Source: Balanoglossus misakiensis | Taxonomy: Eukaryota; Animalia; Hemichordata | Direction: 5' to 3' | NCBI GenBank assembly: GCA_040954595.2 | Contig: CM082598.2 | Coordinates: forward strand, 10,183,097-10,247,096 | DNA: 64,000 nt | Part shown: piece by piece, positions 39,227 through 49,900 of the stretch | How the letters are laid out: each line of letters starts with the position of its first letter | Position numbering within the stretch: the first letter of the stretch is position 1 | Notes under the pieces: model-generated | Told to the model about the DNA's origin: nothing | The model's database searches: none | Seen by the model: only the letters and a program-made list of their open reading frames with translations | Made by a program: the position numbers and the translations under genes

Positions 39227-40205
39227 GATAGATTACAGACAAGAAAGAGGAAATTGGAGCAGAAAGAATATGAGCTAGAGGAAGCACAGAAACCCCCCAA
39301 ACCCCAAAGTGACCCGAACAAATGTAGCCGTGAAACGCAAACTGATCTCACTGGGTATATGTTGGATTGTATGACCAGTGAGCTGCAGGATTTGAGATCA
39401 GACAATCTTATATTGAAACAGAAACTGTCAGAACATGAAAGTCGATTTTCGGAGGCATATTTTGAAGGCGACGATGAGAAAGCGAAGTTTTTGACTGGGA
39501 TATCTTCTTTTACTGTTTTAATTACATTATACAATTATATTGCACACTACTTGCCCCCTCGCACATCTCTCGACAAATTTCGAATGTTCATTATGACACT
39601 AATGAGGTTACGCTTTAATTTACCAATTCAGTTCTTGTCTTATGAGTTTTCCGTTTCGTTATCTTCAGTTTCTAGAATTGTTAATATTGTAATTGATGTC
39701 ATGTATGTAAGAATGAAACCGTTTGTCTTTTGGCCAGATCGATTTACAGTAGTTTGCAGAAAACAATGCCCATGAAGTTTCGTAAATATTTTGGTAAAAA
39801 ATGCATTGTGATAATCGATTGTTTTGAAATATTCATAGAAAGGTCATCAAATTTAAAAGCTCGGGCAGAAACATGGTCTTCTTATAAACACCACAACACA
39901 ATTAAGTTTCTCATTGGAATCACTCCTCAAGGTACTGTCTCATTTATATCCAGGGCTTGGGGTGGGCGGGCTAGTGACAAACATATTACTGAAAACAGTG
40001 GGATTCTAGATAATTTATTACCAGGGGATTTAATACTTGCTGACAGAGCAAGGGTTTAATATTGAGGAGAGTGTGGGTTGCTTGTGTGCTCAAATGAAAA
40101 TTCCTAGTTTTACAAAAGCTAAAAGTCAATTGTCTGCTGTAGATGTAGAAACAACAAGAAGAATTGCCAATGTTAGAATACATGTTGAAAGGGTTATTGG
40201 GATGG
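39227..40205 (+). pseudogene. DDE transposase, copy 5 (truncated at both ends, both insertions)
   Basis: Starts at DRLQTRK and ends at ERVIGM. Carries insertions at 39745-39751 and 40047-40052. Confidence 0.9.
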
Positions 40206-40406
40206 AAGAAGTTGTTTATGTCATAAACCTGGTTTTGGCTAGCCTATATACCCAGGTACATCCAAACAACAGGGGGTCAGTCACATGTTGTGATTTTGAC
40301 TTTTTTGTAGAGTATAATCTGAACAAAATAAATTATAAAATTCTTTAGTACATTTTGAAGCATAGTGTGTATTGGCAGCCATATAATAGCACACAGCGAT
40401 TTTCAA

Positions 40407-40427
40407 CCCCCCCCCCCCCCCCCCCCC
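40407..40427. repeat. C21 homopolymer
   Basis: 21 consecutive C residues (G21 on the minus strand). Confidence 0.95.
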
Positions 40428-40660
40428 ATGGGGAGTTTCTCCTGAAAACAACTGTTCTCGGTGTTTGAGCCTAAAGCTGTCTTTTGTGACTGATCGGAAC
40501 GATGTACAACAGCGGATACATAAAACTTGAAACTCCCGTAGTTTTTTGGGATGACCTAAGCAAGTCTACATGTGTACTGGAGTTGTGGGGTGAAATACAT
40601 CAAGGTGTACGAACAAATATTCAGAGAAGTTCAAGTACACAATGTACTACGATATCTTAC

Positions 40661-40980
40661 CTTTGCTGTCACAACACAGTGTCCATTGCGGAAGTTGACA
40701 ACCCTCTAACCCATCCACAAACAAACTGATTGTACGCTTTTTGTAGGCTTTTATAGCATTTTAAGTCTTCCAGAGTGTATGGACTAGGGTTGAATACCAA
40801 ATAATTTACAATGTCCGGATATGTTACCGATGGTAACAAGGCAACGTCTGACGACCAATCTTTGGCGTCCAAAGTGTAAGGGTCCAAGTGTCCAATCGAC
40901 GATATTTTTTCATCATATCGTAATTTTTCTGCGCCGGATAGAGATTGACGATGAGTACAGCATGATTTCTTCCTGTACAT
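40661..40980 (-). pseudogene. First exon of ISL2EU ORF2 (SWIM zinc finger / YqaJ-like nuclease protein), degraded
   Basis: MYRKK...LRYDEKISSIGHLDPY...WSSDVALLPSVTYPDIVNYLVFNPSPYTLEDLKCYKSLQKAYNQFVCGWV, then a frameshift to NGHCVVTAK|GTAAG. DPY / LPxVTYPDIVNYL / YKSLxAYNQFVCGWV is the typical N-terminus of these ORF2 proteins. Downstream exons are not found. Confidence 0.78.
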
Positions 40981-41088
40981 TATAGTCCTGTAACTAAAAA
41001 TGACTTTCTAAACGGGAGGAACAATACATCTCCATGTCACTCGCTCGGGCGGCGTTGCAGTGCAGACGACGACACACATGAGTGCCTC

Positions 41089-41150
41089 CAACATGGCCGA
41101 CTTCCGGTTTGATGACGTCACGCGAAAAACATCATTGTCTACGCATGCGT
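41089..41150. promoter_or_regulatory. CpG-rich terminal/promoter motif cluster upstream of ORF2
   Basis: AACATGGCCG (YY1-like), CTTCCGG (ETS), TGACGTCA (CRE) and ACGCATGCGT (NRF1-like palindrome) within ~60 bp. Confidence 0.45.
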
Positions 41151-41848
41151 GAGGAAAAAACTTGGCAGACGACATGTGCGCGCCCTTACCTGGACAATTT
41201 GAATGTGGAGCAAATATTACCCCAAAAATTGGCAGCGAGGACCCACTTCCATGGATTCATTATTCAAGGAATAACTGCCAGTGGAATACCGAAGAATTCG
41301 TGAAGGACGTCTTTTTGCAGGACGTCGCCAGAGGCAAGATTTAACGCGATTTGTGTGCGCGTGGAGTCTACCTGGTACAAGATAGTGTGTATGAAGACGA
41401 CAAGGTAAGAAACTTAATTAATTTTTGCAGCCGTCCCAACCTCCCCATCTGAAAAAAAGCATTATTTTATTATTTAAAAGTTCCGACTAGGTGTTTAAAC
41501 TTCTTTCATCTTAAAATTTGACCTATGCCTAGTCTGCTAGACGATACATGCACCTAACGCCCATATGATTAAGATTTTGGGCAACGCCGTGGGAGAGATA
41601 GATATAGCTATAGGTGGTTAGGGTGACTCGGCTGAAGTGGGCAGACAAAACCCAGCAGACAAAACTCTGGCGGGGATCGCAGCAGACAAAACTCGAAATA
41701 CACTTTTAAACTTCAATTTCGAACACAGGACAGACACATTACCCCTATTAGACTGTTGACGATTAAAATATCCGGTATTTTCCTGAATATGATAAATAAC
41801 CGCGACGGTACATCATTTCCGACAGCAAAACATGACTTTCTTGATAAA

Positions 41849-44800
41849 CATGAGTGAAAATAACTTCTGCATGGGGCAGGCTACAAATCGTGCATCATGT
41901 GTTATTATATTATGGCCATGTAGTGTCTTGTCCAGGGTCATAACATTGTCTCATGAGAACTGTACTAGTACTTCGTACTCATAGAATATTGGAAAACTGA
42001 TATTGTGCTGTTGCAATTAGTGTGTGTTTACTGTCTATATATTCCCTCACAATGAGCAATATGTAGACTCTGTCAACCATGTAATTTGTTTTTTTCCCTA
42101 TACCATATGATTCAGTCTTAGCCAATCAAAAGTATGAAATACTGTGTGCATAAAAAGGGGAATATAGATTAACAATTTCAATTAATCATTTGTCAATAAT
42201 TTATTAATCATATAATGATATATAAAATTGTCACTACACTATTTATAATACTTAACTTATTTATTGATCAATATTTCTAAAATCTGTATTTATTGACATC
42301 AGAGAGAATATTCTGTGAATGAATTTATCTTCAAACAAGCAATTACAATGAAATGGACACCTGTTCATTTAATTCAACTACAGACTGACTTTGTTATTTT
42401 TTAGAATATGTTTTAGTCAGCCATGATTTACAAATGTCACTATGCTTATTGTTTGTGAAGAAATTATTTATTAGATTACCTTATCATTGGTTTCTGATGA
42501 CTCTTATGTGTATATACATTAATATTACAGCTCAGTTTAATTTTTCTGCACATACCTAGTATACATTTTTCTATAAATACATGCAACCACAACCAGGCAG
42601 GAATGTGATCAATCAATTAAAATCAACAACAGATTCGCACAGGTTTATCAGTGAACAGCAGACATGAACAATTTTGTCGATCATTGTGTTGCCCTCATCA
42701 TCTTTGGAAAGAAACAAATTAATAGGAAGTGTCCCACCCAAAATATTATACTTTTGTCTTGCCATCCCAATAACCCTTTCAACATGTATTCTAACATTGG
42801 CAATTCTTCTTGTTGTTTCTACATCTACAGCAGACAATTGACTTTTAGCTTTTGTAAAACTAGGAATTTTCATTTGAGCACACAAGCAACCCACACTCTC
42901 CTCAATATTAAACCCTTGCTCTGTCAGCAAGTATTAAATCCCCTGGTAATAAATTATCTAGAATCCCACTGTTTTCAGTAATATGTTTGTCACTAGCCCG
43001 CCCACCCCAAGCCCTGGATATAAATGAGACAGTACCTTGAGGAGTGATTCCAATGAGAAACTTAATTGTGTTGTGGTGTTTATAAGAAGACCATGTTTCT
43101 GCCCGAGCTTTTAAATTTGATGACCTTTCTATGAATATTTCAAAACAATCGATTATCACAATGCATTTTTTACCAAAATATTTACGAAACTTCATGGGCA
43201 TTGTTTTCTGCAAACTACTGTAAATCGATCTGGCCAAAAGACAAACGGTTTCATTCTTACATACATGACATCAATTACAATATTAACAATTCTAGAAACT
43301 GAAGATAACGAAACGGAAAACTCATAAGACAAGAACTGAATTGGTAAATTAAAGCGTAACCTCATTAGTGTCATAATGAACATTCGAAATTTGTCGAGAG
43401 ATGTGCGAGGGGGCAAGTAGTGTGCAATATAATTGTATAATGTAATTAAAACAGTAAAAGAAGATATCCCAGTCAAAAACTTCGCTTTCTCATCGTCGCC
43501 TTCAAAATATGCCTCCGAAAATCGACTTTCATGTTCTGACAGTTTCTGTTTCAATATAAGATTGTCTGATCTCAAATCCTGCAGCTCACTGGTCATACAG
43601 TCCAACATATACCCAGTGAGATCAGTTTGCGTTTCACGGCTACATTTGTTCGGGTCACTTTGGGGTTTGGGGGGTTTCTGTGCTTCCTCTAGCTCATATT
43701 CTTTCTGCTCCAATTTCCTCTTTCTTGTCTGTAATCTATCGTATCTGCCTAAAGCCTCAGCTGCCTTATCTGTATTCTTCCCTACATTAACTGTTGGAAC
43801 CCAATCTGGGTTGTTTCTATCGTACAAGTCTGCCTTTTTACCTAAGGGACAGGGGGTTGAGAGAGATGGATATGGGGAGAGAGAGAGAGAGAAATCTTGA
43901 ACACTTGTTCTCCTTTCACATGGCATGACCTTTGACCCGCTAATGCTAGGGGCGCATTTGATTCCATTTCCTGATATTTCTGGATAATGGGTATGGCAAC
44001 ACATTTTTTTAAAAAACAATACAAAACGAGGTATCACACTTCCAGGCAGGGGCCTAAATTTAGTGTAATCATTTTCAGCGTAAATTTGCATTGTTCCTAC
44101 GCGTTGTCGAACCCAGCATTGAAACTGACCTGGTTTGACCCCGCGAATGTAAACAAAACACTTACAGAATTTTTTATAGAAAGAGTGCTGTGAGACCTTT
44201 ACCAAATGAGTGCGACTCCTCAAACAGCCGTAAAAATTCATAAAGTAAAGTTTTTTTCAGTCGACAGAAATGCATGTCCGTGACCAACAAGTATATCTGA
44301 CTCTAAGCATCACCGGTACGGTTTATCGATACCGCCGCCGGCCGACGACGACAGCTCGCTGCCAGTGTAAGTTCAGTTGTGTTATCTGCAGATTCGCGTG
44401 TTTTTGTCGCGGCCAAATGCAAATCCGTAAATATTGTTGATGCCAAGTTGTGAAACATTTATTCGGTGTGTGATATAACAAGGTTTCAAAAGTTTCCAGT
44501 AAAACTTACCACTAAAAAAATGACTCGAACAAACCCGGACGTTGTCTAGGTTCTTATGATCAAAGTTTTGGCCGATCCTGGCTAACCATTCGCGCCGTCT
44601 CTCTTTTCACATTCTGGTCCTTGATTTGATATCACGGCAGGCAATCTATATAACTGCGAGAGAAAAAGAGAATCGTTATGTCCTACCACTAGGGGCGCAC
44701 TAGATGCGATAAAGGTCGGGGAATCCCTAATGTTGACCTTTGACCTGTCACCACACGTGTACTGTTTGTTGATACTGTGAGCCTGTCACGCGTACAGCCA

Positions 44801-45264
44801 GAAATTGCCTCAAACTTTCACCGAATCCGGTCAAGAAGCGCCCGTGGTTTCAATATAGGTTGCCTAAACTCCACACAAGTGCGAGGAGGAGACTGAATCC
44901 ACAGGAAAATGACAGTAAGATTGTATTTTTGCATGATGTTTACAGTCATGTTGTGATTGTTTACATGCCGAGCGCTAGGGGTAGGGCATATGTTTAGGGC
45001 ACCCAACAACAGCGTGCCGAGCAGAGCTGAGATAGCCGTAGCCGTCCAACCTTCCGACAGCGTGAAATATAGGGTTCGAAGGGGCCTGGCTCCGATAATT
45101 TTCTGTTTTGTCCGCGTCTTCGACAACAACACACTCCTGCGGTGTTGGAGTGAACGCAGTAGAAATCCGTCGTGTGCTCAAATCTCTGTTTTCCGGATCA
45201 AAATAACCGTATAACAAAACTGTTTTTTCAGTGATAAAATTACCCCTGTTTAATAATAACATTG
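41849..45264 (-). repeat. 3.4 kb inverted copy of the transposase unit
   Basis: Reverse complement of ~27644-31053 and of the equivalent parts of the other units. Confidence 0.95.
42613..43841 (-). pseudogene. DDE transposase exon 2, copy 6 (inverted, both insertions)
   Basis: Reverse complement of exon 2, with insertions at 43216-43222 and 42915-42920. Shares the GKS>AKS variant with copy 5. Confidence 0.9.
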
Positions 45265-45289
45265 ACAAAAGACTGTACAAGTCTCATCA

Positions 45290-45710
45290 AATAATTAACT
45301 TCTTTGCATAAATTATGCTCATTTTAATAATCACCTGCATAGACATATATAGCAGTTTAACACATAATATACCACTGTCTGCTGGTGCTTCTAGTTGAGT
45401 AGAGTGTGCATCAATTTCACATACATGTCTAATGCACATATATACATGCTATCACAATATACATATACCATTCAAAAATTAACTTCTTTGCATAAATTAT
45501 GGCTATTTTAATGAGCACCTTAAACAGCCTAATTTCCAAACCTTTTTGCCTATGAAATGTTTGTCTGCTGCCATTTCAAATTGAGTGTGCATCCAACTCA
45601 TAAATTATGCTCATTTTAATAATCACCTTTTAACTTCATCGATATACATGTACCAGCATGAAGGTACAGCCTAATTTCCAAATGTCTTCTACCTTTTCAA
45701 AATGAGTGTG
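45290..45710. repeat. Fragment of a repeat with degenerate internal subrepeats
   Basis: CATAAATTATGCTCATTTTAATAATCACC-like motif three times and ACAGCCTAATTTCCAAA twice. Confidence 0.6.
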
Positions 45711-46284
45711 CAGTAGAAATCCGTCGTGTGCTCAAATCTCTGTTTTCCGTATCAAAATAACCGTATATCAAAACTGTTTTTTCAGTGATAAAATTACCCC
45801 TGTTTAATAATAACATTGTGAAACAAATATATAAACTTCAATAGCGGTTACAAATGAGATGACCGCTTCGCTGTTCATGTAACTTGTAAGTGGTTAGACC
45901 TTCGTTGAAAATTTTCAATCGGTGTGTAATAGTAGTAGGTGGGTCGACACCATGGTTCAGGGTTTGAATCGTTTTAATAGCTGTTTATTTCTCGAGCATT
46001 ATCTCGGTTGTTTACAAAACCATCAGTTCTGTGGGGAAAAAAGAATAAACATGATGTAATGTTTTGAAAGTAGTAACATACATAATTACCATAATGAAAT
46101 GCACATTGTGTACTCAGTGTATATTTCAGGGTATTTCTGTGATATGTAAACATTCCGTCAGATGATGATTTTTATTTTGAGAAATTCTACAAAATGTTCA
46201 GTAATAACCTCTGTGAGCCCAAATTTCCCCTGGAGGCTTAAATTTTGGGTTATATTTTTAACTAATCTTGACAATTAAGACCTG
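45710..46284 (-). repeat. Inverted copy of the foreign spacer of the 4.08 kb unit
   Basis: Reverse complement of ~27180-27753. 45710-45818 also directly repeats 45156-45264. Confidence 0.9.
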
Positions 46285-46799
46285 AAATAGAAAATACAGC
46301 CAGATATAGGGCTGAAATGTCAAACAGCTTGTCAGGCTAAGATATCTCCATCCCCAGTGTTCTGTTGAGGTTGTAAATAAGTGGGCCCAAATGTCCCCTG
46401 GAAGCTTAACTTTTGGGTTAAATATTAAAATTTAATAACCAAACCTTTATATAAAGTCTTGTACAGCCAGATAAATTTTAATGTTTACCAGTGAAGCTTA
46501 CATTTTGCTATTATCTAAAATATATATCTATTGCTAACACGTAAGAAAAATAAGACTTGAAATAAAAAATACAGCCAGATAAATTTGACCAAAGCAGTTT
46601 GATTAACTTTTATGTTAAACATAAATATGCCGAGATAAAATAATTTCAATTTGAAAGAATAGTGGCATTTAGCAAAATTATTTTAAATCAATCATGCAAA
46701 ATCACTTAAACTAAATAGACTATTTTAATTTGGTTTACCAAGAACCACTTTCTTGTTCCTTTTTGATGAAATGCTGGGCCAAATTTTTATTTCAAAATC

Positions 46800-46924
46800 A
46801 AACTTGTGCTGAGCTCAGACCAAATTCTCTATGTGGTTATTTACATATGAAAGGACATGTCCACAAACTTGTGCTGAGCTCAGACCAAATACTCTATGTG
46901 GTTATTTACTATGAAAGGACATGT
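46800..46924. repeat. ~65 bp tandem duplication
   Basis: AAACTTGTGCTGAGCTCAGACCAAAT.CTCTATGTGGTTATTTAC..ATGAAAGGACATGT occurs twice. Confidence 0.9.
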
Positions 46925-49900
46925 ACACTGTCTATGCAGCTACCGTGTTGAACTTTCTTGTCGTTTATTACAACTTTTAAAACTGTGTAGCCAGATCAAA
47001 ATTTCCTGACGGGATTTCTACAACAGTTTCCTTCTAGTTACCGTGTTTTTGCACTTTAAACATTCAAAATAGAAGTATCCGGTCAAATTCAAAATGTATT
47101 GAAGATTAGAAATTGACATTAAAAAAAAAACCAGCACAGCCAACATTATTGAGCCCACTTGGCAACCAATCACACCAAAGTATTGCAAGCTGGGCATCTA
47201 TGCAAGAATTCACAAAAGGTTATCATTCCTGAATTTGACTTGCAACAGTAGTTCGATAGTTAGCCAAATTTCACTGTACATGTCACTTGTGGTCAGTCTT
47301 GACTGGTGTAGCATGCTGGCCTGGTATGCCTTACCCATTCCAGACACCTGGTACCACCACTTAAAAGTGGTTCAAGATGATCCTGTTGACATTATCATTC
47401 TTTCTCATATTTTTGGACATGGTAATTAGCTTACCTTGAATGATATTGATTATTGGACCTGATTTGATGCCCTATTTATCTCATTTTCAAATTTCAGACA
47501 AATGGCCATGATTTCAGCCGCTTTGAAAGGACGCGTTCATTTGACGTTTCCCGAGTTCTGATCTCGCCACCACCTTCTCTTCTTCTCGCACATTCTCGGC
47601 TTATTGGAGTTGCTTCAACCGTACGTCTTCCAGCAGGATACAGAACTGCTACACACAACAATGACATCTTATTTCCACCTCATCAGGGTAAGAACTCACT
47701 ACACAATTACCGGGCTATAGTCCTGTAGCCTTTTCACGGCCATCACAAACATTTTAACTATTAACGCTTTTGCTTAAACTATGACTGCATTGATATACCA
47801 AGGGGAACCCCGGTAAAATGACTGAGTAACCACGGTAACATTTACCTTGGTACCGCACAGTATGCATATGAGTACAATGTATGTGTGTTAATGTATATGC
47901 ATCGTGTATGCCTATCCGTAAACTCATTTAAATGGACCACCATGTTGTACCATACTGTTGAAAAAGGCAGCTACATATATTGGAGCTTTAGTAATAATTG
48001 AAATACATGTAATGTGGAACAATTCTTCCTTTTCGTATACTGATTACCGCTTACTCCATGTTTACATAGTGATCTGTGTAACTACTACCCTGACCTGCCA
48101 GCGTCGCACTGCCCAGCAGAAGTGCCAAGGATTCCCAGGCCAATGTCACTATGGCAACCCAGGTCTCAAGGGGGTCAAGCATGGGTGCATTCAATGGTAT
48201 GGCCTCCTCATCGACCTCGGCCCACTGGTCAAAGTAGGACGTCACACCACTCAAAATGAAGCTGGGTTCCGACAGTAGTCTTGAAGGTGAATTTTTCATT
48301 CCTTATTTTTGCAGAACATGTATTTAATGCACTTGTCACTATTGCAAAAAGTAAGCGTTCACAAAATTTATGTCCAAATGTGCAAGAATCCTGTGTTTGA
48401 GTCAAGCTGAATAGCCAGAATACATGTCAAACATAAGTCTACCACAGGGCGCCCTACATGTCATCTGATAATTCTATGGAGATTCAACCTCATTGCTGGA
48501 TATGCCATGGGCACTCAAGTGAAAAAGTTTGTAAAGGCTGCCGACAAGCACTATTACGTACTCAACCCAGTCTATTGTCTCATTTTGATCATCGACGAAT
48601 GGTATGACTTGCAACAGACATAATTATTAATGAGTATGAATTTTAATAAGCAATCTGTACTCTTATCTGGGCAGAATCCTGAGCCTGCAAACCAGATTAA
48701 ATTTGACAGAAACTACATCAAAGTCGGTGCAGATTTGAGAGGTTGTTGTTGTTTTTTTACAGAGATACTTGAAGGGCTTCAAGAATTGGACGACATTTCC
48801 AAACGGAAAGTGGATATCTTGCATTATTTCACGGTAAGTTTACTCTGAAGTTTTGTCACTTTCACAGCCAAGACTTGGTTCAGTTCCAAAGCTTGAGTGA
48901 CTCGGGCATTGCTTGAAGACCTGCATAAGTGTCATTTGAGAGTTCTGAATTCAACAAAACCACTAACCAAAGTTTTCCTTAGAAACTAGGAATATTGTAA
49001 GTGAAATTCAATTGAATCATGTGGCTGTCGAACATTGGTCCCAACAATAACGACAAACACAATACGATAGAATTTTTACTCAATGACTTTCTGGCCTCAT
49101 TTTCGCATCGTCTTGGAAGGGCAAATGAAAAAGGCATATCGATTATTGGTACTCCACTTATTAGACTTTCCACTGTTTGTCAACAGCACTGCCAAGGAAC
49201 TCCTGCCAGCCATCATTGATTGTCTGGATAGTAGTGCCCAGAGTGTCGTCAATGTAGCTTTACAACATCTACGCAAAACAAAACTCTTTTTTTTTGGCCT
49301 AACTTAATATATTTGTTTATTTCAGTGCTATGAGCAATACTCCGTTGCGTTTACTGTCAGAGATGTATCTGCAACAACTCGATTTAATTCAGAGTGTCAG
49401 AAAAAGTGACTTGCTGGTCAAGAATGCAAACAGTGTCAGTCAGAGTGTCACACAGGTGAGAGATTTTTTCTTTTTTTTTACACACGGGTTAGACGTGGGC
49501 ATTGCAGAGAGGGCAGCACCAATTTCATAAATGTGCGTAGCAGTAAATACAGACTGCCTTTGCTTCCTTCCATATTTCATGCACACCGTGTAAGTAGACT
49601 TTACCTAATTTTGTCCCTTCTTTTCACCCAATTTTCTGTCTTTTCCTGATCTCCAACACAGACTATGGTTGCCACCATCTTGTCTGTTGTTAGGACAGCA
49701 CACTGCCTTATTGTGTTGCCTGTGTGCAGTTTTTGTAACCAGAGCCTCTTGTTTGACACATGCGGGTAAGACGATTGTCACCCTTTAAGTGTCTTGGTTG
49801 ATATTTGTTTCAGTTCAATGTGTTGACCCACAGTTTATTGTTGACGTTGGCCGCAACAAAAGCTGGACGAAATTGCGAAAACAAAATGAATGATGCCAAC

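Larger units (their letters stand above)
23411..41137 (+). mobile_element. Rearranged, internally amplified ISL2EU-type (PIF/Harbinger superfamily) DNA transposon
   Basis: A THAP exon plus HTH/DDE_Tnp_4 transposase lies on +, with 5' and 3' remnants of a convergent second ORF on -, and a terminus-like motif at 41089-41137. This convergent two-ORF layout is the established ISL2EU architecture. No matching left TIR is seen. Confidence 0.8.

Noticed and set aside
39745-40052. 5 bp + 4 bp insertions as compensating frameshifts
   Set aside because: They sum to 9 bp, but a TGA follows the first insertion within ~25 nt (RKQCP*).
43192-44241. 349 aa ORF as a novel N-terminally extended protein
   Set aside because: Its first ~135 aa are transposase intron sequence brought into frame by a 2 bp change in the (CT)n tract, and the ORF ends at the footprint frameshift before the DDE domain.
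47958-48299. Repeated 106 aa (+) and 82 aa (-) ORFs in the right array
   Set aside because: They are alternative-frame and antisense readings of a degraded INTS1 exon.
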